A stretch of DNA of 64,000 nt, from positions 392,584,001 to 392,648,000 of the forward strand of contig OZ024740.1 in the NCBI GenBank assembly GCA_964016885.1. Direction: 5' to 3'. Position 1 is the first letter of the stretch; every line of letters starts with the position of its first letter. Below are positions 1 to 11,790 of the stretch, in pieces. The position numbers and the translations under genes were made by a program. The DNA is from Eledone cirrhosa (taxonomy: Eukaryota). Below the pieces are notes generated by a model that saw only the letters and a list, made by a program, of their open reading frames with translations, did no database searches and was not told where the DNA came from.

Positions 1-219
1 CCATAAACAACTTTTCCCTGACTTGTGCCTCGGATGAGAAATCCCATGGTCATTTATGACCAAAGGGGGTCTTTACCTTATTACCCAATAAATATAAGAT
101 TCAAAACTCCCTCCTGTCATACTTATTGTTGTAGAGTATTTTGTAAACTGCAGTGAATTTTGCCCTGATTGAATCATCACTAATCTGAGTTTACTTCCAT
201 ATTCTAATTTCCTTTACAG

Positions 220-374
220 AAGGGAATAAAAAGGCTTCAAAACTTCCTAAAAAATCCAAGAAGTCAGATGCAGTTGCTACTGAGTGTATTATGGCTGGAA
301 AGGAAGAAAAGATTATCAGTGTGATTGAAGTTCCTGAAGATATCCTAAAAGAAAATGAATCCTTAAAACTTAAG
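220..374 (+). CDS. CEP162: CEP162 coding exon (first of five in the window; gene continues upstream)
   Basis: Acceptor tttcctttacag|, open frame GNKKASKLPKK...ENESLKLK, donor |gtaaaa in phase 0, splicing in frame to the exon at 1467. The 5' boundary is less certain than the 3'. Confidence 0.7.
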
Positions 375-449
375 GTAAAACAAAGTAAAAGTAAAACCAA
401 ATCTAGCCAAGCAGTTAAGAATGTTGAATTTTTTTTTTCATATATCAGC

Positions 450-650
450 AGTTGCTGTTGTTTAGTTTTAAGTCAGACTTGATTGAGCAAACCTATAATA
501 TAAGATGTTCCAGCTATGATCATTTCATTGTATATTTATAATCACATTATCCAACACATCCTTCCAATTTATTTTACCAGCCATAGGGTATAATTGAAGG
601 ATCTTTGGCTGCTATTTCTACCAGTATGAACAACCACAGAGAGGTACATA
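450..650. repeat. Unclassified interspersed repeat (related copies ~6840-7045, partial ~2285-2350, inverted ~35545-35945)
   Basis: Shared blocks ttgtttag...gattgagcaXacXtat and ttggXtgctatttct...accacaXagagg recur between these loci. Confidence 0.5.
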
Positions 651-811
651 TGTTAAATGGAAGCATAGAATTAAGTGTACTGCACAGATACACTGAAAAT
701 GCTTACAGGGATATTGAACTTGTTCCATGGGTGTCTTTAATGGAGTTCACTCTGTTGTAAGCATTCAGGCCAGGTCTCCAGTTTGAGGATAACTTCCTCT
801 CTACTAGGTAA

Positions 812-965
812 TGTATTGGCAGAGTCATTAGAATGTTGGATAGAATGCTTCATGGAATTACTTCTGGCTCCCTGCACTCTTTGTTCAAATCCTGCCATGG
901 TCAACTCTGCCTCTCATCCTTTCAAGATCAATAAAAAAAAGTACCAGTCCATAACTGGGGTTGAT
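812..965 (+). mobile_element. Degenerate tRNA-derived Nin/Deu-domain SINE
   Basis: B-box gttcaaatcc followed by caactctgcctctcatcctt...taaaaaaaagtaccag, same family as 39521-39708. Confidence 0.6.
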
Positions 966-1161
966 TGTTCCTCAATATCTCTTTCTCACTTCCTCTCTAT
1001 CATCTTCTTTCTTCTAGAATAATTTGCTGTATCAGACCAAGAAAGGGGATGGGCTCTGTCAAGCTTAAAATACCTAATGGCACTATGATGCCTCTATGAC
1101 TCCACCAGGAGTTATGAATCCATCATAAATCCATTAGTTTTGGAGATCTTAAAATAATAAT

Positions 1162-1357
1162 GATTTCTATTATAGGCACTAGGCCAGCAATTTTGGGGAG
1201 GGGAAAGTCAAATAAATTGACCCCAGTGCATTACTGGTGCTTTATTTTATTGACCACATAGGATGAAAGCCAAAGCTAACCTTGGTGAGATTTCAACTCA
1301 GACCATGAAGCGCCATAACCCTATGCTGCAAAGCATGATGTCTGACACTCTACCGAT
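1162..1357 (-). mobile_element. tRNA-derived Nin/Deu-domain SINE
   Basis: Reverse-complement match to the family consensus seen at 39521-39708. Confidence 0.75.
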
Positions 1358-1466
1358 TAAAAGGTCATAGGCACTGCTATTTCCTCTTTGATTAAGCAGC
1401 ATTGTTCTACTGTTTCTTTTATGTCATTGTCAATACTAAAGTGTTTCTATATTCATTACTTTGTAG

Positions 1467-1574
1467 CTGGAACAGCTTCAGTTGTCTCTGGAGCATCAGA
1501 AAGTTGATATGCTCAAGTCTTCAGCTGAATTAGAAGCAAATATTCGGAAAATACATGAACATTATCAAGATGAG
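1467..1574 (+). CDS. CEP162: CEP162 coding exon
   Basis: ctttgtag| LEQLQLSLEHQKVDMLKSSAELEANIRKIHEHYQDE |gtaatt; 108 nt, phase 0-0, coiled-coil composition. Confidence 0.85.
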
Positions 1575-2872
1575 GTAATTATCAATATCTCTATAATATA
1601 CTTTACAGAAACACACAGATACACCCTGTGTACATGCACGTGTGTATGTGGGATGTATGTCTGTGTGGAATGTCTATATATCATCATCATCATGTCAACT
1701 TTTCCATGCTGGCATGGGTTGGATAGGACTTTTTGAGGCAGTGTTTTACAGCCAGTTGCTTTTCTTGACACCAACCCTTTTTGTCACTTAAAAAATTTGA
1801 ATTCAAAGATTTGACTTCATGCGGAAAATTCAAAATTAGTAGAACGATGTTATTTTAGCTTGGCAGTGTTTATCCTATTAATGAGTTCTGTTAAATAATA
1901 ATATATATCAAAAGAGATCGCTATATCATATATAATGATCATTTAGCTCTATGATAACTCTATGAGAAAATTAGAGCTAAAAATTCAAGAATCCAAGTCC
2001 TCAGAACTTTGTACACTGCCAATATCATAGGAAACCACATATATAATATTTTGCAGAGAACAATTTAATTAGGTTAAAAAGAGCATAGTATTATACTTAC
2101 ATTGCCACTAAGTCTTAACAAGGTCTATATGGTACCATTTCATACAGCAAAAATCATCAACATTTACCATTGATTAACATTGGCAAATGGTGAAGCCATA
2201 AGCTGCAATCATCAGTAGACATCTTGAAATTCTAGAAAAGTTTTCATTCTAGAAAAATATTAGTTTCCATATTGAAGAGGGTAAGTTGTTATTTGAGAGG
2301 AATTCAGCTGCTTTTTCTAGCAGATCAAGTACCACATACAGGCTACCTCTCTTTACCTTTTTAATTGTGTGTGTATGTTGATATTTATGTGTGTGTGAAT
2401 GTTTGTAGGAAGTGCTATAGAATGGCAGAAAATTATGTTAGTAAGAGAAGTATTCTGTTGAATTTTAATTCCTAGATGGACCTACTTTACTTCACTTACA
2501 TTGTTACTTAAGCATGTCTTCCACACAAAGTGATTAATTACTTTGTAGTGAGGATTAGTAATGAGTATGTTGCTCTGATGATCACCAACAGTGTGAAACA
2601 GACTCTGTTGGCTTCTCTCCATTCTTTTGCTGAAAAAAAAGAAGTAAGTAACATAGTCACTACTTTAAAAATGATAGCGCAAGGTCTTCAAAATGTTCTT
2701 AATTAAACATACGGTATATTGCCAAATATACTATACATACATTCATGTATACATCATTATTTCAGAGCACCAATCCTAAAATATATATATATATATACAT
2801 ATATATCCCTGTTTATATATAGATAAAGAGAATAAAGAGAGAGAATATATGTTGATCATTTTTTAATTTCAG

Positions 2873-2989
2873 TTGAACACCATGAGAATTTCTCATCAGA
2901 AAGAACTTCACAAAATTCTGACAGAGCAAGCTTTGAAGAATTCCACCAGTTCTGCTGTACAATTGCAATGTAAAGTTGATGCCCAGCAG
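2873..2989 (+). CDS. CEP162: CEP162 coding exon
   Basis: ttttaatttcag| LNTMRISHQKELHKILTEQALKNSTSSAVQLQCKVDAQQ |gtaatt; resembles the vertebrate CEP162 segment SHQREIEKLLCQNAVENSSS as recalled. Confidence 0.9.
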
Positions 2990-3259
2990 GTAATTAGATA
3001 AAACTGTTGAAAATTCAGAACTTATTCATTTTAACTCTTTTGTTACTATATTTCTTTTGAAAGGGACTGTTAATGGTTTTCAAATACTTTTGAGAATAAT
3101 GAAGAGTTTCGAGGGATTTTGTTATATAACTGACTTTCTCATTATCCAGTTGGTGCTTGGAATATAATCCAAGAAAGATTCTTTCATGAAATTATGATGG
3201 GAGGTTTTAGATAAATATACACAGGGTAGATAGTGGAATCTCAGGCAGGCTAGCAAAGA

Positions 3260-3620
3260 TTGTAGGTTTTATATGTGGTTGATACACAGGAGCAGTAAAC
3301 AGTAAGAGCTCACAGGATACAAGCTCAGTGGGCTTCGTAGAAGTAATTAATAGCTTCTGTTACATGGGTGATCAAATTAGCAATGGAGGTGGATGTTCTG
3401 AAAGAACAGTTGCCTGAATGAGAACACGATGGAACAAGTTCAGGGAGATACTACCACTGCTAGCTACTAAAGGTTTCTCCCTCAAAATGAAAAGTAGAAT
3501 TTATGCTGTTTGTATATGAAGAGCAATGTGAGACCTGTGCACTGTGTGCAAAGGACCTATGAAGATTGTATGAGGCTTGTGTAGAAACACCAATGTTGCA
3601 TGGAAGTGAGACCTAGACAC
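3260..3620 (+). mobile_element. Decayed RTE LINE fragment (intronic)
   Basis: FCYMGDQISNGGGCSE...WNKFREILPLLATKGFSLKMK matches the ORF at 4667-5830. Confidence 0.75.
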
Positions 3621-4205
3621 TGCATGTTTTTAATCATGGAACCAGGGGTAGTTTGGTATTGAAAGGGTTGAACACCAACCTGTCCAAAACTGCCTGTATA
3701 GCAAGGTGTTCAAATTTATATCCAAACCTATAACTGGAATCTCATAATTTATATGACAGTTAATATCATATTTCAGGTAAATATTCGTCTTTTATTAAGT
3801 TGAAAGTTAGTTATATTAAACTTCTCATAATTCTTGATTATTTTGATAATTAAAATACATACCCAATATTGTCTTGTTAGAAACATGATGACAAAAAATT
3901 AAATCTCCTTCTAACTTGTTATTATGTCTGTTCTTTTCAAAGCGATTTTCACATTTTTATATTTTGAATATCAGAGTTTCAGTAAGAAAGAAATTAATTA
4001 AAAACGAATAATTATTTTAATTATTTTTTTTTCAAATCAGAAACTGATTAGCATTAGAGATTTACTGTTGCAATATTTTTTTGTTAGTATATAAAATATA
4101 TTCCATTTGCATTTGAAGTGTATAAATATATTTATTTGAATGTATTCGAAGTGTATAGATATATTTAATTTCTGAACATTTTAAATGTTATTATTTGCTA
4201 TTATT

Positions 4206-4320
4206 TGTTCAAATCCCGCCGAGGTTAATTTTGCTTTTCATCCTCACGGGGTCAATAAAATAAAGTACCAGTAATGCACTGGGTATTTGCTGGCCTTGTG
4301 CCAAAAGTATAAACAATTAT
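4206..4320 (+). mobile_element. 5'-truncated Nin/Deu-domain SINE
   Basis: gttcaaatcccgccgaggttaa...ggggtcaataaaataaagtaccag...ggccttgtgccaaaagta. Confidence 0.8.
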
Positions 4321-4357
4321 TTGCTATTATTTGTTTCAATTTATTAAGGATAAAAAT

Positions 4358-5981
4358 CATCATAATCATCATCATCATCATTTAACGTCCATCTTCCATG
4401 CTAGGGTTAGACGGTTTTGTTCCATTTGATGCGGGAATTGTTGGGAGACCATGTCTTGCTCGCACGGAAGCATCTTTGGCAGGTTTTTTTTACAGCTGGA
4501 TGCTCTTCCAACCACATATACAGTGTGGACTGGGAGCCTTTTCACCATGTCTCCTACACGGCCACCTTACAGTGTGACTGTTGTGTCATCGACACAGTGG
4601 ATGGAACAGGAGAGGGAGGATGGGGTAGGGTATGGGGGTGGGGGTGTACATTGAGTTAAGAGGTGCCTACTGACTGTAGGTTTGTATGCAATGGTAGTCG
4701 GGTCTCCTGTACCAAAGGTCTCGATCCAGTGTCATTGTCTTAGAGAAGTGTAGGTAGGCAAGGTCAGTTTTTATCACCTCGTCCCAGGTTTTTCTTGGTC
4801 TACCCACTGCGCAGCTTCCAACAATTTTCATTGCCCTGCACTTTTTTATACAGCTGTCATCCTTCATACGCATCACATGTCCATACCAACGCAATCTCCT
4901 CTCCAGAACACAACATTTGATATCTCTTACGCTTAGTCTCCCTCTTAGTTCGTTTATGCTTTGCCTTTCACACACATTACTATTATACATCCATTGGAGC
5001 ATGCAAGCTTCATTTCTTTCTAATCTACGCAGGTCTTCAGCACACAATGCCCAAGTCTCACTACCATGTAAGATCGCTGTTTGTATACGTGCATCATACA
5101 ATCTGCCTTTCATTTTTAGAGAAAAACCCCTTATGGTCAACAGTGGTATTAGCTCTCTTAACTTTTTCCATCCTGTTCTAACTCTGGCTACTACACTTTC
5201 AGAGCACCCTCCTCCATTGCTGATTTTGTCACCCAGGTAACGGAAGGTGTCTATTATTTGTATAGAACCATCTGGGCAGTTGAAGGAGATATTATCCAGT
5301 GGGTCCTTGCTACTTACTGCACCTGAGCATCGGCCACATATAAAATCTACATTCTTAGATAGCGTACCTCTGATCCCACTACATCTTTTATGTACCCATA
5401 GTTTGCATTTGGGACATAGAATGGAATTTCTACCTACTCCTTTCCTACATACTGAGCATGGCCATTTCCCAGAGGGCAGCTGTGCCCTATTCTCCTTTCT
5501 ACATACTAGAACCTTAGTCTTAGACAAGTTGACTCTAAGGCCTTTTGATTCAAGGCCATGCTTCCATGTTTGGAACTTCCTCTCTAGTTTAGCCATGGAT
5601 TCAGCTATTAGAGTTATATCATCTGCATATAGAAGTTCCCATGGGCAGCCAGTCTTAAACCTCTCTGTTATCGCCTGTAGGATAATAATAAACAGGAGGA
5701 GGCTAAGAACAGAGCCCTGGTGAACCCCTACTATTACACTAAATTCATCACTATAGTCTTCGTTAATTCTAACCTTGCTGACTGTTTCTTTATACATGGC
5801 TTGTATAGCTCTCACAAGCCATTCTTCCACTCCTAGTTTTCTAATAGCCCACCAGATTAAGGTGCGTGGGACTCTGTCAAAGGCCTTCTCCAGGTCAACA
5901 AAATCTAAGTAGAGGTGTTTACTGTTAGCTAGGTACTTCTCCTATAATTGCTGTACAAGGAAAAGAGCATCTGTGGTACTT
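4358..5981 (-). mobile_element. 5'-truncated RTE-clade LINE (RT with PHD-like insert, 3' UTR and (GAT)n tail), antisense in a CEP162 intron
   Basis: ORF 4667-5830 has GVHQGSVLS, LLYADD, FRYLG, RRLRWYGHVMRM and GRPRKTW; FVDLEKAFDRVPR lies upstream; ends ggacgttaaatgatgatgatg, typical of RTE. Confidence 0.95.
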
Positions 5982-6179
5982 TTACAAATGCAAACAAAAT
6001 GGATTTTTATATGGGAAGAAATAGTACTGCACCTGTAATTCCCCTAACCATAATGAGTTTCTGATTGAATATGAATTTTTTTTAAATTGTAAAAAAACTT
6101 TTTTTTTTTGCCGATTTTGAGACTGATGTTCAAAACAAAAAAAAAATCTGAAGAGGAATGTTATCATTTTTTCTAATTC

Positions 6180-6312
6180 TTTCTAGCATTGGCACAAGGC
6201 CAGTAATTTAGGGGAAAGAGAAAATCAATTATATCAATGGCAGTATTTAACAGGTACTTTATTTTAGCAACCTGGCAGGTGGAAAGGCAAAGTTGCCCTT
6301 GGCAGGATTTGA
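6180..6312 (-). mobile_element. Degenerate Nin/Deu-domain SINE
   Basis: ggcacaaggccag...ggtacttt...gaaaggcaaagtt family blocks. Confidence 0.65.
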
Positions 6313-6478
6313 TCCAATCCACCAGCTCTAGACTGATATTTTATTTATTGATGCTGAAAGTAGAGCTAGAATAAATGCCAGTGCATTGTTGCTTTTCATT
6401 TTGTGATGTCTGTGTGTCATTATTTAGCTTTTCTTTCTTTTTGTTTTTGGTAAAAAATTTCCATTTCTAATTTTATAG

Positions 6479-6628
6479 GTATTAATAGATCATTTCCAGG
6501 ACCAACTTACAAATTCTCAGGTGGATGCTGAAAAGATGTCTGCACTTAAAGTGCGTGAAGTTGTACTGGAGGCTCGCATACAGCAGTTACAAGATGAGCT
6601 AGTTGAAGCAAAAAGCACGCATTCCCCG
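6479..6628 (+). CDS. CEP162: CEP162 coding exon
   Basis: ttttatag| VLIDHFQDQLTNSQ...LKVREVVLEARIQQLQDELVEAKSTHSP |gtatgt; resembles CEP162 VLIRHFQSQ...EVREE...ELREAKENHTP as recalled. Confidence 0.9.
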
Positions 6629-7876
6629 GTATGTTTAGCTCATTAATAGTTTCAAAGTTAAAATCATAGATAATGACTAAAGGGGTCATAAGTTCAAATC
6701 TTGTGAACCCCATTTTTCTAGTCTTGCCTCTTTATTTTTTAAATTCATATTTCATGCATTTGTAAACAATGGCTTTGCAGGAAGTTTGAGTTCCATAAGG
6801 GGTTTAATGAGACAATCGGTGATTCACATCATTATGTTGTGTTGTTTAGTTGTTGTTTAGGTTCAGGTCGTTCATGATTAAGCAGACTTATGATCAAAGG
6901 TATTCTAACCACCTTTTGAGGCATAATATATCAAGGATTGCATTGTCCTTTGTATCCTCCCCTTTTTTAAGATGGTAGAGTGTAGTTTGAAGGAGATTTG
7001 GTTGCTATTTCTTGCAGGTTGAATGACCATAAAGTGATTTCCTCTGTACTACATTATAATGTACTTGCCTCAACTTGTCAGGCAATAAACAGACTGTGCC
7101 AATCATTTCTTATTTGAATGGTTAACAATCAGAAGAGTTTCCATCCATAAAATCATTGTTGCAACAGTGTGCAACTTTGCAACAAGAATCATCTCAACCA
7201 TGCTAGTATGACAAAAGAAAAAAAAAATCGTCCTCTTCTTCATAATTCTCATTGATTCATTTAATGTCTATTTTGGTTAGGTGGCAAATTGGTATAGTTG
7301 TTAGGATCAGATTAACTGTTTTGGTATTTGTTCCTACTCACTGCACTCTGAGTTCAAATCCTACATCATTCTACCAGGAGTTTCATCTAGCAGATAGTGT
7401 CAGCAATGGACTGTCAATGGAAACATTGTTTCCTTGGTCCAGTCTGATGATTGACTCCTTTTCTTTTGATTAGTCCATATTTTTAGGAGTTACATTCATA
7501 TAGATAGATGGTTAAGACTTGCAGTTTTTATATCAACCATAGCCCCTCTACCAGTTACAGATCATCATCATCATCATTATCATCATCGTTTAACGTCCAC
7601 TTTCATGACTAGCAAGGGTTGGACGGGTTCACACAGACTGTTTCTGTACTGAAGTGGGGTGACTGACCTCCCAGACAGGTTGGGGGTTTGCATCACGCTT
7701 ACATACAGTTCTGTGTTCTACCAATTACATTACATCATTTATAATAGTTTGTATATCAAAAGGAGACATAAATGGAATCAATATTTTTATAGCTGGATGC
7801 CATTACTGATAATAGATAATAATTTTCATCCTCATTGCCACTACCGCTACCACCATCATTATTATATCACCACCAC

Positions 7877-8039
7877 GGTGGATTGGCAGTATCGGTAGAG
7901 TTACGGCCCTTGCCATTCTGAGTTCAAATCCCACTGAGGTTAACTTTGCCTTTCATCCTTACGGGGGTCGATAAAATAAAGTACCAGTAATATACTGGGT
8001 AATTGCTGGCCTTGTGCCAAAATTAGAAACAATTATTAT
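7877..8039 (+). mobile_element. Nin/Deu-domain SINE with internal deletion
   Basis: A-box tggcagtatcgg, B-box gagttcaaatcc, core gcctttcatccttacgggggtcgataaaataaagtaccag, tail ggccttgtgccaaaattagaaacaattatt. Confidence 0.85.
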
Positions 8040-8382
8040 ATCACCACCACAATCATCATCATCATCAGCGGCACAATCACCACCACCATGAATACCATCA
8101 TTATCATCAGCAACACCACACCACTGCTGCACCACCACTGCAACAACAACAAACACCATCATTATCATCATCAACATTACCTCACTGCCAGCATAACAAA
8201 TATCATCATTTCCATCTTCATCATCACCACCATCATCATGAGCAGGACCAAAGCTACATACTTGGTCACAGTTACACATCATAATCATTATTTGTGTTAT
8301 TATCAGTCACCATCATTATTCTACTAATGCTACATCTCAGAACAATGTAAATTATTATTATTTTTATTTTTTTAATATATAG

Positions 8383-8670
8383 GAACGGCAGCATTTCCAG
8401 AGTCTCGTCGAGAAAATACAAGAACTAGAAAGAAAACAGGATGCTCGTGAGAAAGAGATGTTGAGTGTCATGAAAAAAGGCAGCTCTTTACCATTCTCTG
8501 AGTTGGAGAAAGAGGTGGAGAAATGGAAGAAAGTGGCTGAAAGCAAAAACGCAGACATTGAAAAATATAGGGTCGAATTAGATTCAATGCTCAGCATGCT
8601 GACTTCTTTAAAAGCAAATGGTACATTCACAACCCCAAACAATTATATGGCTGCAATGCTGTACAGATAA
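8383..8670 (+). CDS. CEP162: CEP162 terminal coding exon (TAA ends at 8670)
   Basis: atatatag| ERQHFQSLVEKIQELERKQDAREKE...KEVEKWKKVAESKNADIEKYRVELDSML; matches the conserved CEP162 C-terminus KEVEKWKRLAQLKNRELEKFRTELDSIL as recalled. Confidence 0.92.
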   Translation, partial: ERQHFQSLVEKIQELERKQDAREKEMLSVMKKGSSLPFSELEKEVEKWKKVAESKNADIEKYRVELDSMLSMLTSLKANGTFTTPNNYMAAMLYR

Positions 8671-9139
8671 CGGCACTTGGCACACTGTGCAACATTATAT
8701 TTTTTACTATAGGTGTACATTTTCTTTTCTATTTTTCTGTTAGAAGAATATGTATTTATTTGTTTGTATGTATGTTTTTTTTTCTTCTTATGTATGTTTA
8801 TTGTGAAATGTTCTGTGGCAAAAGAAAAAAATTTAAAAAAATCCCTAACAAAGTTTTCTTTTTTTCATTTCATCATCTTTTGTAAATTTATTGACTCTAA
8901 ATTTTAAGGTCATGCTGAATTGTATTGTCTCAGATATGTGGATGATTATATGTATGTAAAGTATATGTATCTATGTTATGCAGTACAATGCAATGTATGT
9001 GTGTCTGTGTGTTAGTCTGGCTATCTGCCTGTCTCTACCTGGAAAAATTTCTCCATATGTGTCTGTTGTATGACTATATATCCATTCAGATTGGAAAGAA
9101 ATGAAGTTTCCATACTTTGATGGATCTACAATAGTAATA

Positions 9140-9602
9140 TACATGCATGGCAAAGCATAAATGAACTGCGAGAGAAATTAGGTAAAAGAGAGATCAGATG
9201 CAGTATGCAGAAGAGGAGATTCTGTTGTTATGGACATGTGATGTGTATGTAGGATGACAGCTGTATAAAAAGTGCCCACCCCAAGTCCCCACTCCACACC
9301 ATAAAATGGTCATCCTGGAGCCACGACATTAAGCACCCAGCCCACACTATAAAGTGGTCGTGTTACTGACATGACAAAAAGTGCCCAGCCCACACTGTAA
9401 AGTGGTTGTGTAGGTATCACAACAAAAAGCACACAGTACACACTGTAAGTGTGGTTGGCATTAGGAAGGGCATCCAGCCATAGAAACCAAGCTAAAATCA
9501 GTTCTGTGTGAGAAAAACTCGGTCCTTCGACCTGGCTGTCTCACAAAGGGGCAGCACGTCTAACCCATGCTCCTGTGGAAAATGGATGTAATGATGATGA
9601 TA
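9140..9602 (+). mobile_element. RTE LINE 3' end fragment
   Basis: Remnant of RRFCCYGHVMCM, a repeated 3' UTR unit, ttggcattaggaagggcatccagcc and a gatgatga tail. Confidence 0.75.
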
Positions 9603-9744
9603 TCCATATATATGTATATACACATACCTGGCAAAACTTCGAAGTTATTGTCAATAAAACTACAATAAACATTCAACTCTACACTTGTATTGAGTCTTTA
9701 TTTAGTCAGCGTTCATTGTTTTAATGTATATAATACACTATACA

Positions 9745-10740
9745 CGCATATATATAAAAGGCAGATTGTATGAGGCTTGTGTAGAAACAGCAATGTTGCA
9801 TGGAAGTGAGACCTGAGCACTGTCCTGAGGACCCACAAAGATTGGAAAGAAATTAAGCTTGTTTGCTTCGATAGATGTATAATAGTAGTGCACATGAATA
9901 ACAAAGCATAAATGTACTGAGAGAAACTGGGCATAAGAGGAGTCAGATGCAGTGTGCAGGAGATGTGGTGGTATGGACATGTAATGCAAATGGAGAATGC
10001 CAGCTGTATAAAAAAGGTACAGGGTGCTCAAAGTCGATGTAAACTATGGAAGAGGAAGATCTAGGAGTGAAGTGATAAAAGCTGACCCTGCGCATTTAAA
10101 CCTCAGAAAGGATTAAATATGCAGAGATTTCTGGAATTATGCTGTATTGCAGAAGACCTGCTTTCCCATGTGCAGAGGATGCTTATCAATGTCCTCCCTT
10201 CCCATTCCCCAAGTCACCCTTCCCCAAACAGCTAAATATCCCACTTACCTTGTCCATGTCCAACTTGCATACTCAGTCCCCCCCCCCCCCCATCACCTTC
10301 CTCACCTCTGATACAGCACTTTTGTCCAACCCACACATACAAGCTTGGAAAGCTGGACACACTCCACATCTGATTTCCCACAATGCTGCTGCCACAACAA
10401 AAAGGCAATAAGTCCTCCCTGTATGATGATCTGGTGCTACAACAAAAACACCTAGTCCACCCTTTAAGGTGGTTGTGCTGGTAACATGAGAAAAAAAAGC
10501 ATCCAGTCCACCCTGTAAGTGACACAAAAAAAAGCACCCTGTCCACCCTGTTACATGATCATTTTGGTGCCACAATTAAAAGCACCCAGTCCATACTAAT
10601 GTGTTTGGCATTAGCAAGGGCATCCAGTCAAAATACTGATTTATATAAGTAAGGCATGGTCATCGGTCTTGACTTGTTTCATAATGTGACAACCTGTCTA
10701 ACCCATGCAAGTGTGAAAAAATGGACATAAACGATGATGT
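9745..10740 (+). mobile_element. RTE LINE 3' part (decayed ORF end plus 3' UTR)
   Basis: KGRLYEACVETAMLHGSET*AL...RRCGGMDM; 3' UTR with repeated aaaagcacccagtccac units; ends acgatgatg. Confidence 0.8.
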
Positions 10741-10764
10741 GTGTGAGTGAGTGTGTATACACAT

Positions 10765-11310
10765 CCATTTTCAATGATCTTCCAGTTGTTGCATTCTTTT
10801 GTCATCTCTTCTGAGATCAGTTCTTACCATCTCTGCCTATGTATTCCTCCTCTGTAGCTTCCTTCCACTGGGATCTCCTAGCACTTCCTCATACAATAAT
10901 CATCATTCATATGTATCATGTTTCCATATTGGCACATTCTTCTCTCTTGCATGCTACATCTCATTCCTTTTTTGCCCAGTTTATCGCTTAGCATATGTTA
11001 TAGTTTTCATGCTCATTAACATTACACACCCACCAAACTATACTCACTTTATTATTCTCCAACCTTCACATATCCCATGTCTCACTCTCGTGCAACATCA
11101 AACTCAAACTTTGCATGCAGTCATCTTCCAATCTACCCTTTGCTTGTAGAGAAAATCCCTTTGATGTCAACAGTTGTAGTAGATTTTGAATTTTTTCCAT
11201 CCTGTTTTTTATTCTGACTACAATACTTTCAGAGCAACCTTTTCTACTGTTAATTAGGTTACCCCGATAATAGAAGCTATCAAATACTTTTATGGAACCT
11301 TCCTTGGATT
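10765..11310 (-). mobile_element. Highly decayed RTE LINE fragment
   Basis: 11150-11240 aligns by eye with 5120-5210 in the same orientation. Confidence 0.6.
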
Positions 11311-11759
11311 GTACAAAGTTTATTGAGCACAGTCATTCCCCAGATAGTATCAATGTCTTCTCTTCTTTCCTACTGATTTAGAAAAGTTATGGGGTGCTAT
11401 TTCTAATATAAACCCGTATTGTCCTATAGAGAGATTTTTCTTCAGTTAGTACTTCAATGATGCAAGTCTTTGGACACCATGCAGTTTTCATGACATGGTC
11501 TTTATGCTATCTATTCGATATTTTGTTCTACTTTCAAAGAATTTTCTCCCAAAGACAGAATTATTCTCCAATATTGGTTGGGTATAGTATATGAGTAAAA
11601 CTGACTTATTTCAGTTTGTCTAGCATATACCCCCCCCCCCCCCCCCCTCCACAATCGAGTTTTGACTTAAGTTTGATAGGTTTAATTGCTTCTCTTCAGT
11701 TGATATTTTATTTTTCATTGAGATGCCTTAAAATATTAGAGACAAATAACATTTCAATT

Positions 11760-11790
<31 letters not shown>

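Noticed and set aside
375-482. Extensions of ORFs 291-482 and 1482-1736 beyond the exon ends
   Set aside because: Read-through into introns past GT donors; the spliced frame matches CEP162.
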